Source: Eledone cirrhosa (Eukaryota). From it: a stretch of 64,000 nucleotides of DNA. Under the pieces are notes generated by a model. The model saw only the letters and a list, made by a program, of their open reading frames with translations. It was not told where the DNA came from and searched no databases. Location: positions 46,624,001-46,688,000 of the forward strand of contig OZ024745.1 in assembly GCA_964016885.1 (NCBI GenBank), written 5' to 3'. Shown here one piece after another: positions 36,550 through 51,272 of the stretch. How positions within the stretch are numbered: position 1 is the stretch's first letter; every line of letters starts with the position of its first letter. A program made the position numbers and the translations under genes.

Positions 36550-38313
36550 GTAAGTATAACCATTTTTCTAATTATTTGTATATTTATTGTTGATTTATTT
36601 CAATCCCCCTCTATTTTGTAAATAGTTTAAATAGCAGTTTTCTGTCCTGTTTCTGACTAGCCACCTCTTTCTTAAGTGATGTATCTAGTCGGTGGAAGCA
36701 GCTAACCGTTCATTTTCCCTCCTTCAAGAGTCGTTCGCATATCATCACACACACACACACACATCTCTATGGACTGTTTCTACTTTTTCTATTTGACTTG
36801 TTTTATTTTTATTTTATTTGCTAACAAACGAGAAGGAATTGCTAGAAATAGCAGCCAAATATGTCACGATTAAAGGAAGGGCACTAGATACACACCCTTA
36901 AAAAAGGGGCCAACTGTCACGTCTGGAATGTCTTTGATCTGGTTAAAAACAACGTTTTATCTTATATTTTTCTTTCTCTTTATTCTTACTGCGTTTCTTC
37001 TCTCGATGCTGCGTTTCATTTCTCTTTAATCCACAAACTAAAACCTCACACCCTTCCTTTGATGTTTTTCTATTATATTACTTCATTTTTTTTTTGTTTT
37101 AAACTTCTTGGTTTGTTTTTTAAATTTGTCTAAATATAAGTTTAAACTTTTTTTTCACCCTTCCCATTTATTTCATTACTTTGACATGGTATAAAACTTA
37201 CTAGTATTCTCTTAAACCAGTTTTCATTTTGAAAAAAAGTTGAGATTAATCAATTTTGTAAATTATTAGCTTCTTTATGGTGAAAAAAAAATCAAGACAA
37301 AAAACAAAAATAACTTTTGATTTACAGTGAGTAAAAGCATTTCTTATAAAACAAAGGAAATGTTTTCTTTATATATATTATATATATAATCTCTATATTC
37401 AGCCTTAAAATGAATATATATATACACACACTCCAATGAATATATATATATAATCCATCAGATGTGTTACGCAGTTTAACAATTTGTCAATTAACTCAGT
37501 AAATGTTAAACAATGAAGGTAGACCAAAGGTGTCATTACAACAATGTACATTTCAGTCAGTTGTTTTTCTTTTTTCTTACTAGTTTATCATTCATTACAT
37601 ATTTACTGAAAACCATTCTTTATAATTTTTTTAATCATCATTACTAACTAAATAGTATCTTGTATATATTATAGTCAGACATTTTCCAACTTCTTTTTAT
37701 AGTTTGTTTATAGAAAATATTTGGCATTTTCTATCGGATTTCCCCACTACATTGCCCTTATTTGCGTTTCTTTCCGCATTCCTTAAACCCTATTTTGCTT
37801 GGTATGCATGCTTCAGAAACTAACATTCTTGAGCCTACTACTTTTTACCCGTCTGCAACCTTTTAGCAGACCAAATATTTCTGTTTGTGTCTATCGAGTG
37901 GAGTAAAATGAGAAAATATTGATTTTTATATTAGATACTTTGACCTCTTATGGAGCATGTCAAGATGTTTAGAGCCTTATTTTTCAAGGAATAAATTCCT
38001 TACTAATTGATTTCTGTAAGGAATGGTATATGGGGAAAAAGAATTAAGAAAAATTAATAACATGGAATTACTCAAAACGTGTCGCGATTGTTATGTATTA
38101 TATATGTAATATAGTATAGTTGTGAAATTTATACATATGATTTTGTAAAAATTCATTTATAGACGGTGCACAACTATATGTATGTATGTGTGTATATAAA
38201 TACTGGTATCCAACCTTTTGAAACAATCGTAAAACAATAAACTAAGAACCTATCTTCGCTTTTTGTTTTATTTTCCTTTTTCAACACACACACACACACA
38301 CACGCATTTATAT

Positions 38314-38352
<39 letters not shown>

Positions 38353-38787
38353 CACACGCACACACACACACACACACACATTCCCTGTTGTGGTAATGGC
38401 GCAAAACAATATATTTGTTCTTTCACTTCGATTGTTAGCCGGTTTGGGAATGTATTTGTTAACTGACTAGCTTAAGACTCATTCATGTATTCAATATAGG
38501 AATGGGTGTAAGCAATCAGGCAGCTCAGGTATCAGGATTTTCCCCTGCATCAAACACGTCATTGTTTTGAACGAAGAAAAAAGCGTTTAAGTTAGATGGC
38601 ATGCCATGCCATCTCTATTTCTCTTTCGCAACTGTACTCCTCTCTACCTGTGTTTCCTGTCAGATGTGCCACATAATACGTAGACGTGTTAAATCTGTGT
38701 CACTTTGCAAACATTCCAAAATAAAATTACAAAAATAAATAAATAAAATAGTTAAAACGTTCATGTAACCATATGTATATACTTTTC

Positions 38788-38829
<42 letters not shown>

Positions 38830-41800
38830 TATATATACACATACGTTTGAAGCTTGCTGGTTGCCTGCGATTTAATTGTAAACACGTTGAGATAATTTGT
38901 GTGTATACATTTACACGTGTGTAAGAGCATATGTGTGTATGTGTGTTTGTTTAAAGGATGTTTTGTTTATTAGTTGAAATCAATATTCGGTGAATTTATT
39001 GAAAATATCAATCATATAAAAAGCTTTTTTTTTCTCTGTAGACACGCTTTAGAATATTTGTAAGAAATAAGACTTTCATGTGACTAAAGGGAATGATTGA
39101 CATATTTATTAGGTTTATTTTTTATGATACATGTTTAGTGTAAATTTTGCAACTGTTATATTTAGGGCTTTTCAACAACCTCTTTCAAAGAACATCTAGA
39201 TTGTGGAAAGTAGGGTAGGTTTAAATTTGTGAGGATAGACGTTTTAAATTAAGAGAAAGAACAGTTAAAATATAAGGCGAAATAATGTAGCCTTTATTAA
39301 CGCGTTTTATGGAGGCGTGCATATATGTAATTGTGAAATATTGAATACGTTTTTGTTTTCACTCTATTTCTCCCTCCCTCAAAGAACGGATGTATATTCT
39401 TTTCAATGAGACACATTTATATTACTCAACTAAATAAACTAGGTCTCGTTTCAATGGAAACCATTGTTGTAGGTATAGCCCTACATGTTACAATTTCCTT
39501 TTTTTTCTTTTCTTTCTTTCTGTCGCGGTGTCTCCATCTATTTATATATTCATATTCTCGATTAAACTAATTTTTGTCTTTTAAGTAATATATTTGATTT
39601 CAGAGTTGCTTTTCATATTTTACTATTCAAATAGACTGCGGTATGATGCGTTGATCAGTATGTTATGTTAAATCGTCTAATCCCCTTTAATGTGTTATGT
39701 TGTATCAAGTATGTGCTTGCCAATGTACTATAGAAATTATGTAGGAAAGGTTAATAGGGTAGGTACAATAAACACAACCGGCACGTGAAAGCTTTTAATT
39801 CTACTTTACTGGTTGGTAGAGCATCTTACTACATGCACTAATATTATATTGGTTGACACTGAAAATTGGTTTCTACTCCACCGGCAATGAGTAAAATTAA
39901 CAAAGTATACTTGAGTGAAGCAAACTTATCTCTGTTCATTTTAAGTGTATATTAATCTACACAGGAAATTGGACTAGAATCTAGTTTCTATTTTTTTTTT
40001 TTTTTCAAGCAGTCTAGAATTAAGTTGTCACGAGTCGCATTGTCAATATGGGCTGAACAATTGAAAATAATTATTTCAAATAATTTTCAAACATTATTCG
40101 AAAATATCTCTGGTTCATTACAATCTGCTTGGAATACAGAAAAGACAGATAATTTAATCTAACATACCTCTAATATGATGGGATGGTTGTGGCTGAAATA
40201 TTTTGGATCATATACTTAATCTGGGGCTAAAGAAAAACCATCGTGCGCTACTAAATGAAATTTCAAGGGACTGGATATAGGCCTGAACAACCTCCTCTGG
40301 GCAACGGAGCTTCTACATAGTCAAGTGACTATGTAGTAGTCACTTGACTTGCTACAAATAGCACCCAAATCACACCCTATGTATACCTATATACATTTAA
40401 CTGGTTGATCATGACTGAAAACCCTATTAATCAAATGTCTTCACAATTGCTCCAGACCATATGAAACATCAACATAGTTCATTTAGAATGGCAGTTATTG
40501 ACCATTACCGTTTTACAGGTTTCAGTCATTAGATCGGAGAAATGCTTTGAAGGGTTTTAATACTTATTTTCTTAAAATCTGCTCTTAATTTATCGATTCT
40601 CTTTGTCGAATCGCTAAGATACCAGACATAAACTAATAGTAAATGGAGACATGTATACAGTTTCTATCTACCAAATTTCACTCACAAGACATTGGTCAAT
40701 CTGAAGCTATAGTGGCAGATACATGCCCAATGTGGTTGTGAAGCAAACTCTTTAACAGTACTGCATCTGATGGCATATAACCCCCCCCCCCCCCCCCTCC
40801 CACCTAAATGTCTGAAAACATAACATCTGGGTCTTATATGCCAGGTTAAGTTATCAATAACATTAAATGTTTACACAGAAATACACAAATGTTTTTTTTC
40901 TGAAATGGAGGCAGAGACTTTATATGTCCAGGTGTTCTATATGCCATTAAATACATTAAGCTGTTCATTGGAAAATTACAGTGGATCATTTTAATTGCTT
41001 TGGAATAGCTGTAGAAAACAAATTTGAATGAATCTGGGTGATTTTCAATTGGGTTGTGAGCACATGGGCATATTTTCACTACTCATCAGTAATAATCCCT
41101 TAGATGCCCATACATAGTTATCATCCTCAATGATTTATAATGAACTAACCCTTTTCATAACCATATTTCTAATGAAATACTCTGTGATTTTCAATCAATT
41201 TTGGAGGTAATAAAACATTTTAAGGGATTTAGTAAAATAGCTAACTTTGTTACTATGTTTGTGTTTGGAAAATTACATCAGAAAATGTCTTTACTTAATG
41301 GAAGGTGTGCCAATTATAGGTGATTTGGTATCTAAAGAGTTAATAGCCAAAACTATTCCTAAAAATTTCTCAGCCTCTTCCGATTCCTCCACTCTGCTGT
41401 GAATATGTTAGTGTAAGACTTGACAAGAGATCTCAAGTTCTATCCCACTGTACAATACCTTGGATAAGTGTATTCTTCCATAATTCAAAATTTGAGTAAA
41501 ATTAGATGGAAAATGTGGAAGCTTGTTAGTTGGACTGTACCTGTAATTCAATGACCTTGTCATAATCATGTTCATTCTGTATGAGGATTATATTAAGCAT
41601 AGAAGTATCAGCAGAATGCATAATTACACTGATAAAATGAGTCTAAAGTTCTGTTGATTAAACAACTGAAATACTCATCAACCCTTTTGTTATATTTCAA
41701 TGATTTTTACAAATAATTTTAAGAATAATCAGCAATTTGAAGGGATTTAGAAATATGATTTTCTTATTAACTGGTAGTTGGAACATAAAAGTTCTTAGAT

Positions 41801-41879
41801 ACATTATAGTGGAAGATTTTTAGATAAATGTAAGCATTTTTTTATCATAGAATCCTGTCATAATTTTCATAAACTGGAT

Positions 41880-42600
41880 TGACATGGGGAGCCGGGTTGG
41901 AAGTGGTATCACAACTGACGGGTATAAGATCAGTCAATTGGAATTTGCAGACGGTATGGGATTACTTAATCCATCAGAAGGGGATCTCTGACATGCACAT
42001 GATAGGTTTGATTCTGAGTGCTACATGGTTGGAATGAAAATCAGTGCTGAGAAGACTTGAGACATTTGTCCTTTCAAGGAAGCCTGTGCACCCTACATGT
42101 GAGTGGAGTTCGAGTATCTCAAGGCCGTGTTCACAAGAATTGCAGGAGCTAGTTTCAGTATTCATCATCAGAAGAAGGTGGGGGTGGGGTGGGGTGTAAA
42201 AGCGAAACTCACAATCTTTAATTTAGTATCCGTGAGTAATGACCAAATGAATACAAGCAGCTGAAATGGGCTTCTTCCGAAGGGTCTTTGGAGAAACTCT
42301 ACTTGATAGTGCATAACTCAGAAATCAGAAAGTTGCTCCAGGTAGAGCCTCTACTTCTCCGAATTGAGAGATCATAGCTCTGATGCTATGAACATGTGGT
42401 TAGAATGTCTCAGGAAAAAAAATCACTGGATAGATGTTATGGATGAAAACCAACCAGCAGGAGACCCAGGGGTAGACACTGAGCAAGATTGTTGGATAAC
42501 ATTCATGAACTTGGCTGGTTTTACTTTGAGATCCAGTCAGATCAATTGGAGACAGTTACTTCTGACAGGACCTGCTGGAAGGAGTGTTTGAGGACTGAAG
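41880..42600 (+). mobile_element. Highly decayed RTE-like LINE; related minus-strand piece at about 54770-55105
   Basis: Fragments such as QLEFADG and QAAEMGFFRRVFGETLLD; shared CAGC(T/C)(G/A)AAATGGG...GAAGGGTCTTT segment. Confidence 0.55.
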
Positions 42601-44016
42601 AAGAATCAGAGGCAGTTCATATGGCTTGGTACCACAATAGTTAAATTGAAACCAATATAAGATCAGTTGTGTTGGAGCTTATAACCAACTCGCATTTGAA
42701 TTTTTCATCTATATATTTGTGATGAATTATGGCAAACATTCTTTTTACAGCTAGCACTAATAATCCCAGGTTATATTGATATGACCTTTTCTTGGATTGG
42801 AAATTTATAAAGTCTATGAAACATTTAAAACACCATCAAAATAAAGTATCTTCTAAGTATTGCGTCAAACCAGAAGGGTATACAACTGAACCTTATACTC
42901 ACCAACAGATTCATTTATTTGGCTTGTTGTGCAGCTCTTGTAGGAAATATCACAGAGATAATAACTGCAGTTTTAGTCAACATAAAGCATCGATGGTAGC
43001 AATGAGGCATTTGCTTATCAGTCAACAGCGGTGTGTGCAATCAATGAGAGCTTTCAAAGGTCATGGTCACAACCCCTTCTTCCAGACTTAACAAGAAAAA
43101 AATATATATATATACACCATTATGATTATGGGTCTCAAACACTATTCATTGTGTTTGGCAAATAATACTTACAGAGTTTATTTCATTGTAAGAACTTTGT
43201 GAACAGTACTGTGTTGATAAAAGTTCTCAATTGTGCAGGTTTTCTCGTTTTTCTGATTATTTTGGCTTGACCAAGTAATATGAATACCTACTCAGTGTTT
43301 GAGGACTTGGCCCCCACAACCCTCCCAGTGTTAAGTGGGTGAAGAAGAAGAAATTTCCCATTAGATCAATTTTTGTTTCATTTAATGTCATTATAAAAGT
43401 TGAGTGTAGGCATTGTCTGTAAAAGTCCTGGGTTTGATTTTACTGTATGGCATCTTGGTCAAGTGCATTTGGGTGGATGGAAACTGTGTGGAAGCCTGTC
43501 GGATGGACTGTCAGTAATTAAAATGACCAAACTTGTCACACTGTGTTATGCTGAATCTTTCTGAGAATTACATTAAGTGTAAACATATCTGAAATGCTCA
43601 GCCACTGCACATTGTCACAAGTAGGCACCCCATTGATGAAAACAGCTGCAACACTCATCAAAACCAACAGAGGTCTATTCCAATTTGATCAGGTTGAATT
43701 TTGATTATCAGGTACCTCATTCCTATATATCTACATAGTATCAAGGTGGACTTCAACATGATTTTTATTTCTCAATTATTTGTGGATAAAATTTTCATTC
43801 CCTTTAGTTTAAAGATAAAGGTTTCAAGTATGAATCTAGTGTGATACTATATATATATATAAAACAGAGGATGTACATTTAAAACTCTCCCTTCTTTATA
43901 ATATATACACTCCAGTTGATACCTTATTGATAACACTTTAAGGAATACAAGTCATAGAGTGCTTTATGTCTGTTTACGACCAAAGTCGGTGGATTATCTG
44001 ACCAACCAACTTTCCT

Positions 44017-44057
<41 letters not shown>

Positions 44058-45782
44058 GAGAGAGAGAATCAGCAGACACATTACTGAAGCAAGGTGTAAG
44101 TATCATTTTGTCTCTATAGATAAGATCAATAGTTGGAAAAATTACCTTAACTATGATTGTGTTTATATACAAAGAGCACACACAGTGTTTGAGTTTCAAT
44201 CAGTGTGTGCATCTGGATTATTGTTAACAAGCTTCCTGAATATACACGGTTATTTTTCTGGACAATTTACCTTGTGGAGACAAGTCGTTGACAATATAAA
44301 TGTTTTACTCAAGAACATTACCTTTCCACAGTGTTATAGATGATAGATTGCACTGCTTAATGGCTATAAAATGTTAGTCTAGCACCCTGTGTAACATCAA
44401 ACAGTTGCCTACGTGATCTCTGCAGGTATACTAGCAAGACTTATTGCTAACCAGGAAGTCTTATATAAAGTCTTAAATATTGAAGTAAGTATCCTCTAGG
44501 TTCAGTATAGATCGTGACTATATCTGTATGGAGAAACATATCTACAGGCTGGTAGAACGTGGTATTTATGTATTACCCAGCCCACACTGTAAATGGTTGT
44601 TTTAGTACCACAGTGTAAATGTGGAAGGGCATCCAATCGTAGAACCTAGCCAAAACCAGTTCTGTATGAGCAAGACATGGTTATCTGATTTGACTTGTCT
44701 CACAACAGGAAAAATGGATGTTAAGCGGTGATGATGATAATTATTCATAGATGCACTCACTACACTCTCAAATGGTTAATGATAGAAGTGGCATCCTGCT
44801 GTGGAAACCTTGCCAAAACTGAAATGTGAGACATGATCTGCTGACTCACCTATGAGGACAGTAGTTTTGATTAAATACTGACTTTATCTATAATGACATG
44901 TCCAACCCATTCCAACATTGAAAAGCAGCCATAAAACGATGCTGAAGATTGAAGTTTATATCAGATTGTACACTGAACCATATCCATTTAAAAAGGTGGC
45001 TGCTGCTGCTGCAGTCCAGATTATTTACATGGATTCATCAGGAAATAATTCTGAAGTCAACTCCTGTTCTTTCATATATTGGGCATGGACCTTCATTTTG
45101 TCTCTATGTATTGTACTAACCAAGTATACTCATAGATGAAGTACTGTGCACTGCTTCTTTGCTAAAAACAAAGTAACTTTAAGAACTGAGGACTTATATC
45201 TTTGAAATTTGTTTCATCTGTATTGGCCAAATTATTTAACTCCTGATCATTGTCAAGTATGCATATTATATTCTTATTCTATTCGATTATAAAGATCAGC
45301 TGCAGAGAAAAAGCTGATTGGTCAGCAATTCACTGAATTTAAATGAACAGTTCAGTTTGGATAATAAAGTCATTAATACAATTTAATCTGGAGAAGGTTA
45401 AGTCCCAGAATAAATAGCTATGTATCGTTTTCTTCTAAATTTAGACAAGACTAATTATTAGTTGACATTTATTGCTGATTTTGTTGGTAAGTTCCGTTAA
45501 TGTTCTCCAGGTTTGATGAACAAAAATTTCTAAAACACTCTTAATTGGTGCACTACAAAAATGCTGAGTAATGTAAACTTGGTGTGCAGTTTTCTTTTTA
45601 ATTTTCAGTTGAAAATCAAGTTTTGTTAGTCAAATCTATATACCAAAGGAGAAAGTTGATTTAAAAAAAAGTAAAATGTAAATGAATGAAAGGATTCCTT
45701 GTCACTTACAAGTGGGTGGATTCTATTGTGGTTTTAAATGAGTTTTTTTTCTGTTCAACAAAGTCTATTTAGTGCTCATCAG

Positions 45783-45815
<33 letters not shown>

Positions 45816-47859
45816 GCGAGAGTATGTATTTTATGCATGAATGTTCTCCTTTCTGATTCCAACCCTTGATTTCAAGTCTGGTACTTGATCTTTGCAAGCT
45901 GTAAGACATAAACAAACATTATTGGCTATCTGAACAATGTCAATGTAAAGTCACATATGGCTTCTACACAGTTTCCATCTAGCAAATTTCACTGACAAAC
46001 CATTGATTAGCTGAAGACTATGGTAGAAGACATTTGCCCTAGGTGTCATATAGTGAGGTTGAACACAAAACTACATGGTTGTGAAGCAAACTTCTTAACT
46101 ACCTTGCAATGTCCAAATGGTGGATATCCTGGTTATTACTGAAATACCTGTCACCAGCTCTGCTTAATCGAGCTGACCTGGGGCTAAATAACAACTGAAC
46201 CATCTACTCTCCCTCAGAAAAAAAAAAATGGGCTCGTGGAGCAAACAATAAAATATTGTGAGTTTGTGTTCCACAGGTGATATCCATTTTTTTTTCTTCC
46301 ATCTCTCAAGGCTTTTATGCTCAACTTATTTGACTATTTTTCATAGTAAAATACACCTGCATTGAAGCAGCTTAATATGCATTCAAAATGCATAATTTGT
46401 TCAGTGTTTCATGAATGTGACTGATTTTTTGTTTATAAATAAACCAACATAATTGGTTATATTTTCCTTTGCTGATATAGTGGAAGATCTACAGAACAGT
46501 TCTTGTAATTCTTTACTTCATTTGAGATCTTACTTGCTTTCTGGTTTCTCTCTCATCTGCACAAAGATAATAAATATTTCAAAAGATCAATTGAATATTT
46601 TTAAATCTACACACAGAATCTATCTAGTGTTTTGCATGCACCAACCAAAATTTCAATTTTAGCAACTGTCATACTCTCTCTCTCTCTCTCTCATTTAGTT
46701 ATTCCTACAAACATGCTAGTCATTTGGATTGAGAATTGATAACATTTTAAAACTCTTTCTTATCGACGTTCATGTGTGTCAATCATTAAACTGCAGCACT
46801 TTGCATAAAGTGCAAGGTGGCAGTTTAATGCATATTGTGTTCTTTCTATGTTTAGTCATTATTTTGAAATTTTTGTTGAGAAATAAGAATATTGTGTCAA
46901 TTATATTTCTTATATTTCTCTTTATAATGGAGACATTGTTTTTTTAGTTCTTTGCTCCTGTCATAGGGAAACTCTTCCCTTCTGTATACCCGTCTGAAGC
47001 TGTCCATGGATTGCAGCCAACCTGGTTTCTCTTGTCACTATGAATAAATGATGCTATTTATAGGATGCTGTGACTGTTTACTGTTGTGCTATGAAGAAAC
47101 AGCTCTTGTTCATTTTCTGTCAAGTGACTGATATGATTGTTTCTGAAAGCTATAGAACTGGATTTGTTAGATAAATGTTTTATTCAACATCAAATACCTC
47201 AATTATGATGAAGTGTATGAGATCAATTGGAAAAGTATTCCACTACATTGGAACAAAATAAGTTTTATTATTGGAAAATGATGGTATGTTAAGACCAGTG
47301 CAGATGAGATTACTCTAACATAAGATTGTTCTGGTACATTTATTAATCATTGTTTTGGTTATACCTGCATTCAAAATTTCATCAGTCTTTTATAGATTTT
47401 ATATAGGTTAGTATTAGCTATACATTTGAAAACAAATTCAATTTCCTTTTCCCATCATCATCACTATTTTTATATCTGCCTGTCTCTGCTGGCATTTGTT
47501 GGACAAGACTTCCTATGACTGGATGTCCTTTCTGAAGCCAACCTATACATTATTTTAAAGTATGGTACCTTTTTATTACTGATTTTCATCAAACCACTAA
47601 GCTATGAGATATTGTTTGTGTTGGACAGACACAAGTCACTAGTTTAAACAGTATCAAATACATGGGACATACATGTATAAACAATCAGTTTGTCTTTCAA
47701 ATTAGCTCATAAAACAGTAGTCAATCTGAGGCTATATTAGGACACTTGCCTAAAGTTCCAAGCATTGAGATGGAACCCAATTTTCTTAACTACCCAGTCA
47801 TGCCTATAGCTTTATCATTAGTTTCTTCTCGCTGCAATTTTTTTTTCACAATGAATAGT

Positions 47860-48390
47860 AGTTAGAATAAGAACAAGATGGAGCAAGTTCAGGGAACTAC
47901 TGCTTTTGTTGACAACAAAAGGATTTTCTCTCTGAGTGAAATGCTGCCATTTCACTCAGAGAGAAAATCCTTTTGTATGATGCTTGTGTGAGAAGTGCAA
48001 TTTTGTATGGTAGTGAAGGCAGAGGATATATAGCTGGGGAGAAATGAAGTGAGTGTGCTCTGCTGGATGTGGAATGTTAATGTGTGTGAATGATGAAACA
48101 TGGCTATGCTTAGAGAAAAGCTGGGTATAAGAGGAATTGGGGTGTAGTATGTAAGAGTGAAAACTATACTGGTATGGAAATGTGATGCACTGGATGATGA
48201 TCACTGGATGATGATCACTGAGTGGCAGAAAGCTGTAGTAGAGGAAAATCTGGGCAGAAGTGTTGAGAGCTGATCTCAGTGCTGAACCTTACAGAGAAGA
48301 TGAAGGAATGCAACCAATCAAGAGGCAGTACTGGAGAAAATCCATCACTCGTGCAAGTATGGAAAAGTAGACATAAAGTGATGATGGATG
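47860..48390 (+). mobile_element. Decayed RTE LINE 3' fragment, same family
   Basis: Collinear with about 21360-21780, followed by tail-like sequence. Confidence 0.75.
47915..47976. repeat. Perfect 29-bp inverted repeat with 4-nt loop
   Basis: ACAAAAGGATTTTCTCTCTGAGTGAAATG-ctgc-CATTTCACTCAGAGAGAAAATCCTTTTGT. Confidence 0.95.
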
Positions 48391-50999
48391 CAAATAGTCC
48401 AATCTTTCCCACTTTTATGCAACATCTTTTTCTATTATGAAAAAAGAATTTTTTTCTTTTTTTTCTTTTCTGATAGCTTTGGATACCAAATATATCCATT
48501 ATATATCAGCTTTTTAATTCTGAGCGATATCTTGCAAGTTGCGTTTATGTGTGTGTGTATGTGTATATATGTTAGTTCTAGCTAGTTACGTGCTCTTTCT
48601 TTATTGTATAGAAAAGTGCTTTGACCTTTTTGTTAAGTTTCATTGAAAACTGTGTTAGGATAAATACACTTCATTATGATGAAGGCACTTCATGCAGCCA
48701 ATTACCTGGATTGATTTAGACTGTTATTTATTTTACTTATTTTTTTGTTTTGTTTTTTCTACCTTCACATCAGTCTGACTTTCATGAACTTATTCCAACT
48801 TTTAGGATTGCTAGGTTTTAGAAGATAATGATACTAAAAACTCCTTGTTTAGACCTGAATAACAATTTAGTACTTAGTGTATTATAGGAATAAAGTTGGC
48901 TAATAGTGAAATTGTAATTTTCTGACTATTTATTTTAGTGGTTTCAGTCATTGGACTGGGACCATTCTGGAGCACCACATAGATGGGTTTATTTACTTAT
49001 ATCCATCCTAGTATTTATAAAATTGGGAATTTATTGATTTCTATTTATCGAATGAAGATACAGGACATACAAACATGGGTTAAGTTGTTTAAAAGTAGAC
49101 ACACACTAGGCCATCACAATTTCTACCTACTAATTCACTCACAAGACATTAGTCAGCCCAATTCTATATTAGACCAAGGTGTTGCACAGTGAAACTGAAC
49201 ATGAAACCATGTGGTTGCAAAACAAACTTCTTAATCATAAAGCCATGCATTGTAACTGAATGAATTTGTTCAAATATGTTTTCCACTTCCTGAAGTTGAA
49301 TACAATTCATATAGTTTACCCTAAAAATATTTTTCCCATTTTTATACTTCGTCTGTTATAGAATGTAAACAATGATGAATATTTCTGCTTCTGTGTACCT
49401 TTCCAGTCTTTTATCATTCATTTCTATTCTTAACTTCTTTGGCTTCACTTTTTCTCTGTTGTGTTTTACATTGTTTATGATTGATTAAATTATATTAGAA
49501 TTTCTTAAAGCAGAGCAGTTGTATAAAAATATTCTAGTAACTGTTGGAACTGCAGATTGAGCATGTCTTGAAAGTGGAAAATACAAAATATAAATCAATA
49601 TTTTTAAGTTTGCTTTTCCAAAGATTGGTTTTTGACTTTTGTTTTTGTTCTATTTTTTTTTAAATTTCTAGTAATAGTTTTACTCCACACAAAAATCTAC
49701 GACTTATTTTGTGCTAAAATAAATCTAACGGCATCAAATTAATTCTTTTGTGTATTTTCATATATCTATACTCAATAAAATTAAGTTTCCATCACATGAA
49801 TTCCAGCAATAATTTAATAACATTTAATTATCAAATCTGACAATTTGTTGAAATCATTCTATCCAGTAATTGATTGGTTAATGTTGTATTGATAGCTGTT
49901 ATTCCTTGCTTTAAAAACAAGTTTGTATGTTGTAATGAGAAACAATACTGATTAGTAATGGTTTGAAAATATTTCACATTCTTGAACCAATTGACAGCAA
50001 ACTGGTGAGTGTTAGAGCAGAGAACAAAATACTTGGCAGTATTTATTCCGCTTCTTTAAACTTCAAGTTCAGCTTTTCCTTTTGGGGTGAATTGACAGAA
50101 TTGTTAGAACAGTGGATGAGATGCATTGCAGTATTTATTCTGGGTTATTGCATTCTCTTACCTAGTTTAACACCACCACTACCTGTCACCCTGAGTGCTT
50201 TTAGTGGAGTTCACTTTGTTGGAAGCATTTGGACAAGGTTTCTAATTTGAGGGTAACTTTTTCTCCTTTCTGTCTCGAAAGCCCTGAAAAAAAAAAAAAA
50301 AGATAAAGCTTCATGAACACTGTCTTTTCCTCCCTGGCTAAATAGTAAAAAAAATGCACTTAAATTCCACCATTCATTCATTTCTTTTTCTTTTGGCATC
50401 CAGTTCATGCTAGGACGGGTTGTATAGGTGTTTAAATCTCAGACCTTGTATGATTTATTGGAGTATTTTAAAACTGATGCTTTGTTCTAATACTATTAGG
50501 CATTCATCTGCCAAATGGGTCTTAGCACAATTTAATGCATATCAAACAATCGACAGCTAAATAATTCAACTACTCCCAAGTTTTACTGATACATTTGCAT
50601 TACCTTTCAATGCTATTTTATATGATTTAGAGGATATATATATTAAAATAGTATTGACTATTGTTGGGTGCCAACCCCTATTTTTTTTCTAAATTATAGT
50701 AGTCATTTTTCTGATCTTTGTTGAACAACTTAACTGTAGAACATTAAGCTGGATATAAACAAATAGCACTGTTTGCTTAAGTGGTGTCAATTTGGCAGTG
50801 TAATCACACAAACATATGTACATGAAGGGTTTCTGCATAGTTTCTGTCTACTAAATTCACTCAGAAGTCATTGGTTATGCCAAGGCTATAGTAGGGGTCA
50901 AACTTGCAACCACAGAGCCATGGCTGTACTTATCTTTTTAGATGACAGCATTATTATTAATAAACATTTAAACTTGCAATGCAAAAACATTATTCATCA

Positions 51000-51272
51000 T
51001 CACATCATCATCACTGTTTTTATGTCCGTTCTTCCACGCTAGCATGGGTTAGATGGGTTGTCCTGTTGTGGGCAGTGTCCAGTCAGCTGACTTTGTCTTA
51101 CTCATACAGGCACTGATTCTGGCTTGATTTCTACAGCTGGATGCCCTTCCTAACACCAACCTCATTTACAGTGAGTACTGGGTGCTTTTTTTTCTGTGGC
51201 GCCTACACATCCACTTTACAGTGTGGGCTGGGTGCTTTTTTGTTGTGACACCTCCACGACCACTTTGCAGTG
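51000..51272 (-). mobile_element. RTE 3' UTR and tail-only copy
   Basis: Close reverse-complement match to about 21915-22190. Confidence 0.85.
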
